Of a stretch of DNA of 64,000 bases, positions 9,505-18,833 are shown piece by piece. How positions within the stretch are numbered: the first letter of the stretch is position 1; each line of letters starts with the position of its first letter. A program made the position numbers and the translations under genes. This DNA is from Desulfatiglandales bacterium. Lineage in GTDB: Bacteria > Desulfobacterota > DSM-4660 > Desulfatiglandales > Desulfatiglandaceae. Under the pieces are notes generated by a model. The model searched no databases. It had not been told where the DNA came from and saw nothing but the letters and a program-made list of their open reading frames with translations. The DNA is taken from the NCBI GenBank assembly GCA_963662465.1, contig OY759599.1:2944001-3008000 (forward strand), in the 5' to 3' direction.

Positions 9505-9579
9505 GTAGGTGCAGCTTTAGCAGCACAACCAAACCCTCGGACAACCTCAACCCCATTGTGCGGCTGAAGCCGCACCTAC
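9505..9579. repeat. GTAG-type REP doublet
   Basis: GTAGGTGCAGCTTTAGCAGCACAA ... TTGTGCGGCTGAAGCCGCACCTAC, same family as 8010-8069. Confidence 0.8.
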
Positions 9580-9658
9580 AAATGGCTAAAATATGGATGA
9601 TATCTAAAAATACCTGGAAGTCAACCCTAAAGAATTACGGGTAAAATCCCAGAGAGGA

Positions 9659-10085
9659 TCTCTATCTCCTGATCGATGAGTCGACAATTTTGCCAATACC
9701 ATCATGATGCTGCCGGTCTCCGACTCAAGGGACCGATACAAAACCTTGGTACATGATGAAGGGGTGCTGCGGACGTTATTCAAGGTTATCAAGTCTTCCA
9801 CCGGTTCCAGCATGTTCGACTGGGTATTTATCACTGGGGTTTCTCCGGTGGTCATGAGTGATATCACCAGCGGCCACAATGTCGCCAGAGACATCTTTTT
9901 TGCGCCTGAATTTTCAGATTTGTGCGGTTTTCATGAGGTGGAAGTCAAAAAGACGCTGGATGACATCGCCCATAGCTGCAGTCTGGGTGAAGAAAAAGCG
10001 CGAGGCCCTTTCCATGATGCGCACCTGGTACAATGGCTACGCATTTATTTCCATACAAGGGGAGCGGCTCTACAATCCCACCCTG
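9659..10085 (+). pseudogene. AAA-ATPase-like protein (type usually fused to a PD-(D/E)XK nuclease), internal fragment with two frameshifts
   Basis: LYLLIDE[fs]DNFANT...FITGVSPVVMSDITSGHN...LCGF, then in another frame MMRTWYNGYAF...LYNPTL. Confidence 0.75.
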
Positions 10086-10261
10086 TGGAGGCCGTGAACT
10101 GGTTCTGATGTTGTCTGAAAGAAGCGCCGTTGTGTTGATTCAGAAGATCAGCAAGCGTTTCGGTCTCAGTGAAATGCTGACGGACGCATCCAGAGACAGG
10201 GTTTTCCTGGTCTCTTTCGTGGTGGCTGCCCTCGGCTTTGAACGTATCTGTTTTATCCCGG

Positions 10262-13200
10262 TCAATATCGATTCAAATAAGTCAAATAAGGAATAATAGC
10301 CTCATTCTTATTGCCGGAGGCGCCATCATAGGTGATGGACACAATGGGGACGCCGGTTTTTTTCTCAATTTCCCTGGCCATGGCCTCAGTGACTAGGGAA
10401 GGGCAGCAAAAAGCGGGGCTTGTCTGGACAAAGAGGGCAACATCCGGATAGTGCTTCCGGGTATAGAAGATCTTCAGCAGGTTATCCATGGACTCTCCCG
10501 TATGCTCAATTCTCACATTATATTGTGCAAGGATTTTTTCAGGGCTTTCATGGTAACCGGGCGACGGATTTTCCAGAATCTTTCCAAAGGACTTGAGATA
10601 CCCCTTCTCCATTTGGGTGACGGTGGCCAGCAATGCCTTTGAGCTCAGGATATCCAGATAGTTGCCCTCGAAAAACCATTTCTTGAGATAGGTCTTTGCG
10701 ACCATCTGAATATAGGCGCTGTAAGGGGTGACGATCACTTCACCGTTATGGTTTTCGATAAAACGAATGAGGTCCTGGTTCATCACGTCGTTGTCCCGCA
10801 CGTACAAATCACCGAAAATCGCCACTTGTGGATTCCGTTCATGGGACTTTTCGATGGCTTCAAAAGAAGCGATTACATGGGCTAAGGCCGCTTCCTTGGA
10901 TTGTTTTCCCAAAAAAGCATCGATCAGGACATTAACACTCTCTTTGAGTACCCTGTCCGTTACCCCCTTCTCCATTTCATAGGGCCTGATGCGGCATGCG
11001 ATTTTCCGGATAAAACCACCGAACATATAAGCGAAATAGGTGTTGATGGAGAGTTTCAGGGAGATGTCCATGAATGACATGTCCCCCACGTACACCTCTG
11101 CTTTCTCCATCCCTTTTCCATAGGTATGGAAGAGCTGCCGCAGGTGATGGGGAAACAGCCCGATATTGCACGCAATCTTTGAGGAGGCCACCCACAGCAG
11201 GGTCTTTTCGGGATTCAGATCATGGGTTTTCACATACGCCACAAATTCCTGAGCAATAATATTGAGGGGGATGCACTGCCCCGTGTTGTAGCGCAGGCTC
11301 TTCTGGATGGTGGTCTGGGATTCTTCCATCAACCTGGCATCGATCCCTTCCCTTTGAAGATTTGCCACCAGAAATTTCAGGGTGATGTCGTCCCAGTTGG
11401 GGATGATCAGGGTCTTGCCGGAAAGGGGCTTTTCTTTCACCGCAATGCGTGACGGCGTAAAACCAATGGCCGTTTTTTCAGGCCCGGCATCACCTTTTTG
11501 TTCGGTCCCGGCGGCATGGTGATTTTGAAAAGATCGAATGGCGGCTTCAATCCTCGTCCCATACCCCACACTCGATGCGTGTTCATCCAGTTGAAGGATC
11601 AGATACGGTTTTTCATGGGCTTCCATGATCTTCTTGAAATAGTCCATGACAAAGCTATCCGGCGTACACCGAAAGGAGGTGACCAAAACCGGGTAGGCGT
11701 CTTCCGATTGCGCCACCACCTGAGCCGCCATCAGGATCTGAGCCGCATAATGCCAGTGTATTTCAGTTAAAAGATCCTCAATGGGAGCAGTGTCCTCATC
11801 CCCATAGGAAAGCATATCCTGGAAATAGACCCGGATACCGAGGGATGCAAAAATATCGGGAATGCCCTTGTTCATAGTTTTTGACAGCGTCGTGTAGGGT
11901 CTTCCCAACAGCACCACATGCAGGCCTTTATGCTCCCGGGATTCTTTTCGGTATATCGCCTTCAATTTCAAAGCCCTGGATTCCCGGTATTCGCGGGCCG
12001 CGTCATAGGCTCTTGAAACCTCCAGAAAACCGACAGGCGTCGTTGTCAGGGGTTTCAACATGGCGTGAAGTTCCATTTTGACGCGGAATGACCCGTAAAG
12101 ATAATCGATCAACGGGGTCAGGATTCTTTTGCCCTTTTTTACGATTCCTGAAGCGGATATGAGAGATGGTGAATACTGGGTGTAATAACAAAATTGCCGC
12201 CTTACCCCTTTCAGAGAGGCTTTTTTCTCCAGATAGAAGGGGAGAAAAACGGCATCCGATCGGTCCATCAGATACGCTACATGACCATGAAGCGCCGCCA
12301 TGGGCGCGCAGAATTCAGCGCCCGCAATGTGCTTTCCTTCCTTCAGGGCCTCGCTGCAGGTTTCACTGGTGACGGTCCTGATGGAAAGGGCGTCAAAAAA
12401 CTTCTTCCAGAAGGGAATGTCTTCAAATAAATGGAGACCCGCGGGGATGCCGATGGTAACGCCCTGGGAATATGCTCGGACGGTTTCCAGGGAAAAGACC
12501 TTTTTTCTTTCTTTGTGCAAATCGAAGCCGGATAAGTTTTGGTTGACATATTGTTTGGTGTCATAGTCCCTGCCGCACAAAAATCCGTAAGCGACCTTTT
12601 CACCGTTCACCTCAGCCAGGGTTATCTTGCAGTGATTGGTGCATAAATCGCATGTTTCAGACGTTACATGGATGGTTTGCTCATGAAGGGCAATGCCGCG
12701 GAACCCTGTTTGCCCCATGCGCTCATCCGACCCGAACCCCTCATCCAGCAGGCTCAGGGCAGCGCCCATTGCTCCGGTTAAATGGCAATATCTGGAAACC
12801 ACAATGGGTTTTTGAAGCCGTTGTTCAAAAGCGGCCACAAGGGCCATGTTCTTTGCCGTTGCCCCCTGGAAAAAGATGGTATTTCCCATGCTGCCCATGG
12901 TGGCCACTTTTGTGAGATAGTTTTCCCGGATGGCATGCAGCACGGAAGCCAGCACCTCATCCACACTGTAGCCTTCGGAGAGATAATGGTTCATGTCCCG
13001 TTCCATGAAAACCGTGCATCGATCACTGACAATGGGAGATTTCCGCCCCTCGGTTCTGGCGGAATAATCCGCCAGGGGGCATCCCAGCTTCCGGGCCTGC
13101 TCCTCAATAAAGCTCCCGGTTCCCGCGGCGCACACGTTATTCATGATGGAGAAAGTGACCCGGCCGTTTTTAAGGGTGGTAAACTTGGAATCCTGTCCTC

Positions 13201-14503
13201 CGATCTCGATGATGGTGTCCACATTCGGATCGATCTCGCAGGCAGCCCGGGCATGGGCCGTAATTTCATCAATGACGATATCCGCCCCCATGATCTTTCC
13301 CGCGAATTTCCGCCCCGATCCGGTGGTGGCGGCCCCCATGATTCGCAATCCTGTTTTCTTTTTTTGGACCATATCATCGATGGATGAAAACAACCTCTGG
13401 ACCGCTGCCACCGGTCTCCCGGCGGTGCCGGTGTAGAACCCGGCCAGAACTTGGGCATCCTTGTTCAAGAGAACGGCCTTGGTGCTGGTGGAGCCGATAT
13501 CCACACCGAGAACCACATCATGGGTCGACATGGGCGCCAGGGTTTCATAGATATCTACCTCCACGGGGTATAACATTTCAGCATCCCCTGCCACATACGC
13601 ATATTTTTCGACACCGCCAAACTCCGGATACTGGGAAAGGGTCAATGTCAGCGGGTCATGAAAATACTTTTTCCGAGCGGTTTCGCGGCACAGCATATCC
13701 CGCACGGACGTAAATGGTGATGCCGCCGCTTCCCGCCATTGGTCCGCCATGAGAAATGCCGCCCCGATGGCGCCGTAAACGCCGGATTCGTCTACGACAA
13801 TCTCCTTCCGGGCAAGGGATGCAATATGATGCACCACCGCTTTGTTCCGGGAGACGCCGCCGGTGAAAACAATCGGGCTAAACAGCGTTCTATCCACGGA
13901 AAGGGTATCCACGATGTTCTTTGCAAGCCCATGGCAAAGCCCGTCGCAGATCTGTTCCAGGGTGTACCCTTCCTGCTGGGCGTGTACCAGATCGGTTTTG
14001 GCGAACACAGCGCACCTGGACGCGATTTTCGGAATGTCCCCTCGGTTGGAGAGCGCCATCTCACCCAGGGCCGCCGCACCTTCCAGGTTCAGCCGCCTCG
14101 CCTGTTGATCCAGAAAACTGCCGGTCCCCGCCGCACATGCGGTGTTGGTTTTAAAACTGCGGTAACGGCCTTTCTCGTCAAAACCGATCAAGCCGAATGC
14201 TTCGCCCCCAACCACCAGAATGGCGCCGATTTTTTTGTGAAAGTGACACGCCGCCTCGATCATGGCAACCCGGTTGTCATATCGCCGATCCGCCCTAATG
14301 ATCGAAGGGGTCGAAGACGTGGCGGCGATGCCGCAAATCCGACCCGGATCGAAATCATTCATCATTTGGGTAAACGTTTCTTCGATATTGCCGTGATGAA
14401 ATTGATAGGCGGTTTTTAAAATTTTTCCGTCAGAATTGATTTCAGCCACCGATATGGCAACGGAGCCCATATCGATTCCAAGAAAACTAAGATGATGGTT
14501 CAT
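10262..14503 (-). CDS. CoA-substrate-specific enzyme activase / 2-hydroxyacyl-CoA dehydratase activase fusion (two BadF/BcrA ATPase domains plus dehydratase-like C-terminus)
   Basis: LGIDMGS and LGVDIGSTSTK, CAAGTGSF twice, RCAVFA/RCTVFM, IEIGGQDSK, CTPDS, LQLDEH; likely start MNHHLSF at 14503 with AGGAG RBS. Confidence 0.9.
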   Translation of the reverse strand: MNHHLSFLGIDMGSVAISVAEINSDGKILKTAYQFHHGNIEETFTQMMNDFDPGRICGIAATSSTPSIIRADRRYDNRVAMIEAACHFHKKIGAILVVGGEAFGLIGFDEKGRYRSFKTNTACAAGTGSFLDQQARRLNLEGAAALGEMALSNRGDIPKIASRCAVFAKTDLVHAQQEGYTLEQICDGLCHGLAKNIVDTLSVDRTLFSPIVFTGGVSRNKAVVHHIASLARKEIVVDESGVYGAIGAAFLMADQWREAAASPFTSVRDMLCRETARKKYFHDPLTLTLSQYPEFGGVEKYAYVAGDAEMLYPVEVDIYETLAPMSTHDVVLGVDIGSTSTKAVLLNKDAQVLAGFYTGTAGRPVAAVQRLFSSIDDMVQKKKTGLRIMGAATTGSGRKFAGKIMGADIVIDEITAHARAACEIDPNVDTIIEIGGQDSKFTTLKNGRVTFSIMNNVCAAGTGSFIEEQARKLGCPLADYSARTEGRKSPIVSDRCTVFMERDMNHYLSEGYSVDEVLASVLHAIRENYLTKVATMGSMGNTIFFQGATAKNMALVAAFEQRLQKPIVVSRYCHLTGAMGAALSLLDEGFGSDERMGQTGFRGIALHEQTIHVTSETCDLCTNHCKITLAEVNGEKVAYGFLCGRDYDTKQYVNQNLSGFDLHKERKKVFSLETVRAYSQGVTIGIPAGLHLFEDIPFWKKFFDALSIRTVTSETCSEALKEGKHIAGAEFCAPMAALHGHVAYLMDRSDAVFLPFYLEKKASLKGVRRQFCYYTQYSPSLISASGIVKKGKRILTPLIDYLYGSFRVKMELHAMLKPLTTTPVGFLEVSRAYDAAREYRESRALKLKAIYRKESREHKGLHVVLLGRPYTTLSKTMNKGIPDIFASLGIRVYFQDMLSYGDEDTAPIEDLLTEIHWHYAAQILMAAQVVAQSEDAYPVLVTSFRCTPDSFVMDYFKKIMEAHEKPYLILQLDEHASSVGYGTRIEAAIRSFQNHHAAGTEQKGDAGPEKTAIGFTPSRIAVKEKPLSGKTLIIPNWDDITLKFLVANLQREGIDARLMEESQTTIQKSLRYNTGQCIPLNIIAQEFVAYVKTHDLNPEKTLLWVASSKIACNIGLFPHHLRQLFHTYGKGMEKAEVYVGDMSFMDISLKLSINTYFAYMFGGFIRKIACRIRPYEMEKGVTDRVLKESVNVLIDAFLGKQSKEAALAHVIASFEAIEKSHERNPQVAIFGDLYVRDNDVMNQDLIRFIENHNGEVIVTPYSAYIQMVAKTYLKKWFFEGNYLDILSSKALLATVTQMEKGYLKSFGKILENPSPGYHESPEKILAQYNVRIEHTGESMDNLLKIFYTRKHYPDVALFVQTSPAFCCPSLVTEAMAREIEKKTGVPIVSITYDGASGNKNEAIIPYLTYLNRY

Positions 14504-14539
14504 TCGGCTCCTGTTCGCAATCGAAGATATATCCCATGG
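14482..14539. repeat. 58-bp direct repeat, copy 1 (left boundary of the insertion)
   Basis: 52/58 identical to 21667-21724; contains the activase RBS and start codon. Confidence 0.9.
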
Positions 14540-14601
14540 GAAAATATTTTTAAACACCATACAACGATAATTGCGTACCGGCAACCTTTTATGGTTTACT
14601 A

Positions 14602-14630
14602 TTGACAAAAGTACTATCACAGTACCATAC
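14602..14630 (+). promoter_or_regulatory. Putative sigma70 promoter/operator of a hicA-like gene
   Basis: TTGACA at 14602, GTACT..AGTAC palindrome in the spacer, weak -10 region a few nt before ATG 14635 (leaderless-like). Confidence 0.4.
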
Positions 14631-14634
14631 AGCC

Positions 14635-14763
14635 ATGAATACCAAGCAGCGTAAAACACTCGCCGCACTATTCTATTACTTGATGATCAAGATAGTAGTC
14701 GAAAAACATCAGGACGTATATGTCGCTTATCCTTTGAACTTCAAATCCAAGTTAAGTGGCTAA
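14635..14763 (+). pseudogene. 42-aa chimera of a HicA-like N-terminus and a HicB-like N-terminus
   Basis: MNTKQRKTLAALF resembles HicA starts; IKIVVEKHQDVYVAYPL resembles HicB-family starts; too short for the ORF track. Confidence 0.55.
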
Positions 14764-14830
14764 TTTCATTAAAAAGCTTGCTTTTTAGGCTTATTGGTGA
14801 TACATGCAACAACATCAAAGGAGGTACAGA

Positions 14831-15112
14831 ATGGGTAAATTATCCAATATCATTCCAGTGAGCGATTTAAGGCAAAATACTTCAAACATGCTGAAACAAT
14901 TAAAAAATAGCAAAGAACCTTTGATAATCACACAAAGAGGCAGAGCATCAGCGGTAATAATCGGAGTTGATGCCTATGAGGAATCTGAACACGAGAAAGA
15001 GCTATTGCGCCTTTTGGCTAGGGGAGACATGGAAATCGAAACTGGCCAGGGATATGACTTGGATACAGTTCTTGCTGAAGCTGACGCCATTTTGGCTAAG
15101 GAGCCTTCGTGA
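14831..15112 (+). CDS. Phd/YefM family antitoxin
   Basis: IIPVSDLRQN...EPLIITQRGRASAVI....YE; GGAGGT RBS before ATG 14831. Confidence 0.88.
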   Translation: MGKLSNIIPVSDLRQNTSNMLKQLKNSKEPLIITQRGRASAVIIGVDAYEESEHEKELLRLLARGDMEIETGQGYDLDTVLAEADAILAKEPS

Positions 15113-15165
15113 AGGTCAAATTTACACCTTCTGCCAGAACTCAATTCCTTTCCGCAGTATCATAG
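15109..15165 (+). pseudogene. RelE/ParE family toxin truncated after 18 codons
   Basis: GTGA overlap with the antitoxin stop; MKVKFTPSARTQFLSAVS* is a typical ParE start; the next gene begins 40 nt later. Confidence 0.7.
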
Positions 15166-15204
15166 CCTAAAACCAAAAAACATCAATTACAAGGAGGAAC
15201 ACCC

Positions 15205-15858
15205 ATGCAACCTCAAATCATCGGAATCTCCGGCAGCCCTATCAAAAACAGCAACACGGACCGTTTGGTCCAGGCAGTTCTTGAAAGCAGCGGTCTAAAA
15301 TCAGAGTTTGTCAAGCTCAGCAAGATCAATGTGCGCCCCTGTATTGCCTGTCTTGGGTGTAAAAAAGACAATATCTGCAAAGTCGAGGACGACTTCCCGG
15401 AACTGGCTGAGAAAATCCGCCACGCCGGCGCCGTTGTAGTAGGCGGATATTCACCCTACGGCGCAGTCGACGGATTTACCAAGGCATTTCTGGAACGGTT
15501 GTTTTCGTTAAGGCACCAAAACGGTCTGAACCGGGGAAAACTTGCCGTGGTTGTCGCCACCGGCATCGGGCGTGGGGCGCCCGGATTGGAAGAAGCCGGC
15601 AACCAGATCAACCACGCCTTAACCCTCGAAGGCATGGAGGTGTTGGGCCAGTTGAAGGTAACCGGCAACCCGGAATGCATGGTCTGCGGTTTTGGCCAGA
15701 CCTGCCCGATGAGTTCGCTGCCCTGGATATTCGGCGATGATACCACGGTAACGCCTGAAAAATTTTGTAATGTGGAAGATCAAACGGAAACCTGGGAACA
15801 AGCCAAAATTTTGGGGCAGGAAATCAGTGCCCGGATTCATAAGCAAAAGATGATGTAA
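15205..15858 (+). CDS. Iron-sulfur flavoprotein / NADPH-dependent FMN reductase family
   Basis: ISGSP..NSNT, PCIACLGC.....C...DD, KAFLER; AAGGAGG RBS. Confidence 0.85.
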   Translation: MQPQIIGISGSPIKNSNTDRLVQAVLESSGLKSEFVKLSKINVRPCIACLGCKKDNICKVEDDFPELAEKIRHAGAVVVGGYSPYGAVDGFTKAFLERLFSLRHQNGLNRGKLAVVVATGIGRGAPGLEEAGNQINHALTLEGMEVLGQLKVTGNPECMVCGFGQTCPMSSLPWIFGDDTTVTPEKFCNVEDQTETWEQAKILGQEISARIHKQKMM

Positions 15859-15866
15859 TTTCGTAT

Positions 15867-15911
15867 CATGAGCATCTGAAAAGCCACTCCGTTGGCATTC
15901 AGATGCTCATG
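15867..15911 (+). terminator. Long hairpin, probable terminator
   Basis: CATGAGCATCTGAA...TTCAGATGCTCATG just after the stop, followed by a T-rich tract. Confidence 0.55.
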
Positions 15912-16198
15912 CATATTTTTCAAAAAAGCCCTTCTAAATATGGGAATTGAAGTTAAAAAATGGGGGTCACCTTTAACAGATATTATTAAAGCGAAAGAGA
16001 CTCTTTTAACCGTTTAGATTTGATGGTTCCTCATCTAACGCGGGAGACCCGCAACCCAAAGATAAAGTTGTAAGAGGCAGTTGTCAGTTTTCAGTTATCA
16101 GTTGTCAGAGCTGGAGGTTATTTTGAAATTTGAGGACTTGGGAGTATGGAAGAGAATTTCGCCATGCGATGCTCGTGGGACAAGGAAACTCAGCTGAT

Positions 16199-17053
16199 AT
16201 GGCAAAATTCAACAACATCTTGGATGTATACAAATTATTGGAAAAAACCAATTGTCGCAAATGCAACAAACCGACCTGCCTTGCGTTTGCGGCAGCAGTG
16301 TTTCAAGGCAAAGCTTCTTTAGGTGATTGTCCGTTTATTGATAAAAATACCCTTAACGCCTACGGTGGCAAAAATGATCAACATGAATCCAAGTCAGCCC
16401 AGGATTATCTCAAATTAATGAACCAATTAAAAGAAAATATCAAACAGACAAACCTTGAGTCCAGAGCAGGTATGCTTGGCGGAAAGTTTTCAAATAACAG
16501 ACTTACATTGAAAATCCTGGGAAAAGATTTCAGCGTTGACGTAAATGGTAAAATTTTCACAGATATTCATGTCAATCGCTGGATTGCCCCGTCCGTGTTA
16601 AATTATATTCTGTCAAGCAAAGGACTGGCATTGACCGAAATCTGGGTTCCGTTTCGGGAACTTGAAACATCCAAGGATTGGTCCCGGTTTTTTGAGCATC
16701 AATGCGTTAGACTTTTAAAAAAGACGGCAGACTCAAATCCGTCTTTTTTCGAAGATATCATTGAACTTTTCAACGGTAAACCCGTTGAAAATCATTATGA
16801 TGCCGATATCTCCCTGATCATGAAACCGCTGCCGCTTTTGCCCATACTCATCTGCTACAACCATCCCGAAGACGGTCTGGAATCGGATTTGAATCTTTTT
16901 TTCGATACCACGGCTGATAAAAATCTGCCGATTGAAGACATTTATACGCTTATTACAGGGCTGGCCATTATGTTTGAAAAATTAGCGGCAACACATGGTA
17001 TCTTAGTGCCTTATTCCCTGAAACCCTGTTCTAAAAAACAAGAAATTCATTGA
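16199..17053 (+). CDS. Fe-S cluster domain plus DUF3786-like protein
   Basis: LEKTNCRKCNKPTCLAFA...CP Fe-S motif; ILNYIL, WVPFREL, PLPLLPILICY, LFFD; start at MAKFNN. Confidence 0.78.
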   Translation: MAKFNNILDVYKLLEKTNCRKCNKPTCLAFAAAVFQGKASLGDCPFIDKNTLNAYGGKNDQHESKSAQDYLKLMNQLKENIKQTNLESRAGMLGGKFSNNRLTLKILGKDFSVDVNGKIFTDIHVNRWIAPSVLNYILSSKGLALTEIWVPFRELETSKDWSRFFEHQCVRLLKKTADSNPSFFEDIIELFNGKPVENHYDADISLIMKPLPLLPILICYNHPEDGLESDLNLFFDTTADKNLPIEDIYTLITGLAIMFEKLAATHGILVPYSLKPCSKKQEIH

Positions 17054-17072
17054 TGGGAACATAGGAGAATAA

Positions 17073-17537
17073 ATGATGTTTGAGGACAAACTGAAATCGC
17101 TGGCGCTTGATGAAGGGTGCCTTCGAGTCGGCATAGCCCGCCGGGATGCTTTTTCCGAGGCGCCTCCTTCGGCGGACATGCGGTATCTCGAACCATGGGC
17201 GGAAAGCGTGATCGCCTTCGCCATTACAACCGGCACCGACTGGATTGAGGATTATCTCGGCAAAAAGACAAGAATGGTGATGCGGGACAACATGCACTGG
17301 GTGTACCACGAATTGTACCGTATCTCAGGTGTCATTTCTGATCTGCTCAAATCTAACGCTCATAAAGCGCATCCCATCATTCCGAATGGTCTTTATCGTC
17401 CCGATCACACCCCAAAGAAACAGGAAAAAGTAACCGTGACCCTTGCGGGAAAGGCCTTTACCTACAACCACTGCATCACGGTTTGCAGCGGACCGCTTAA
17501 AGAACGCAAAAAGCCGTTGAAGTTGAATGAAATATAG
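17073..17537 (+). pseudogene. Epoxyqueuosine reductase (QueG)-like protein, N-terminal fragment
   Basis: LKSLALDEGCLRVGIA....F..APPSAD...L.P.A.SVIAFA; no ferredoxin Cys motifs; similarity appears to end at ~17410. Confidence 0.6.
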
Positions 17538-18105
17538 GTATCGCCCTCGATCCAATACACCATCCAGGTCGTGGAACCGGGATAACCCCCGTCGTGACCC
17601 TCAATCGTTATCTCCAGGGAATCGCTCTGAATATGCAGATATGCGAAGCCGTACCCGGCTGTTGAGTCGGGGAGGAATTCCTCTTTTTTCTTCTTTTTCT
17701 TCCTGTTTAACAAAAACACCCCAGCCGTCATTTCTACAGGAACCGCTTCCTGCTGACACATCCTTAAATGAAGAATTATCCGGAATGTTACAGCGGCCAA
17801 AAGGACAGCCAACAGGGCCGGCAGGAACAAAATCCTGACTACTGAGGCAAATACAGGGAGCGAAATCTGAAATATGTGAAACAAAATCGGATTTTGCAGA
17901 AGGAACGGAATTAAAAACGCCGCGCTTGAGTGCTTGCAAAGATGTATTCGTAAATACAAAAATTTTATCTAAACATTAGAATGACTAGGTTAATTTAATT
18001 TTTTATATACATTCAAAGGCTCAGACAAGAAACTGTTGCTTCTGGGGATCGGATTCGATTCCAAAACCCGCCGCGTGGAAGGATGGCGGTTGGAAGAGGC
18101 ATGAT

Positions 18106-18605
18106 GCGGCATAGCCGCAACCAAAAATGTCTCGCGCAAAGACGCAAAGATTTTCTTGTTTTTTGGAACAGAAAACCTGGGAATAAGGCGTTATGCTTTT
18201 TCTGAGGCTACGTTCAGAAAAAGTGGGGCACTTGGAGCCGTCAAGAGGACTCACTTTCGTTTCCCCTCAACTCAAAACTCAAAACCCAAAACCATGAACC
18301 GTGAACGTTTACAAATTACAGTTTTTTCTTTTACAACATGTTGTCTTTAGAAAGCCCCCAAGAGCCTAACCCCCTCCCAAAACATCACCCCCCGGTATGT
18401 TTTCTCCTTGACACAACAGGAATCCCGCAATATACATTTCTTCACTAATCGGGTGTTATTTATGGAAGACCTGACGAGTACCCGACACCAGCCACCCTGA
18501 TGCCCGCTTTCAGCCAGGCCTTACCGATGTTTTTGCCGAACCTGCGGCGGATATGAGGATCTCTTCGCGTCTTTGCGAGAGACATTCCGGTTGCGGGTAT
18601 TCGCG
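18106..18605. repeat. Inverted pair of ~45-bp dispersed repeats (18106-18150 and 18562-18605)
   Basis: CCGCAACCAAAAATGTCTCGCGCAAAGACGCAAAGA vs reverse complement CCGCAACCGGAATGTCTCTCGCAAAGACGCGAAGA (31/36). Confidence 0.7.
18408..18436 (+). promoter_or_regulatory. Putative sigma70 promoter for the surface-protein gene
   Basis: TTGACA-17 nt-TATACA. Confidence 0.5.
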
Positions 18606-18680
18606 TTCGCCGCAATTTCCGCCGAACACCCTCGTTCGCGAGAGTGCATCCCATGTTTCCGACAGGATCAACCTGTCACC

Positions 18681-18753
18681 GTGCGAATAAATTTGCACCT
18701 ACAGTCGCCACCTGCCGCTTTTGAGGCGCTGTAGGTGCAGCTTTAGCCGCACA
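18681..18753. repeat. Two GTAG-type REPs, foot-to-foot
   Basis: GTGCGAATAAATTTGCACCTACA (18681-18703) and GTAGGTGCAGCTTTAGCCGCACA (18731-18753). Confidence 0.75.
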
Positions 18754-18833
18754 TTCCAGAAACCGTAGATGCATCCCTCGGCAATGGACTTCGAATTCGC
18801 TGGCTGCGCTCATTCTGAGAAGGAGGAGGAAAA

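Noticed and set aside
8351..9508. Plus-strand ORFs over the Rpn gene, representative of the long antisense ORFs across the window (e.g. 27224-28252, 31206-32276, 45957-47084)
   Set aside because: Shadow frames of well-supported genes with no motifs of their own
14504..14668. N-terminal extension of the activase in the ORF track
   Set aside because: It runs into the island and overlaps the hicA-like promoter; an RBS supports ATG 14503
17462..17959. Minus-strand ORFs of 165 and 112 aa
   Set aside because: No recognisable motif or RBS; possibly a degraded gene but not supportable
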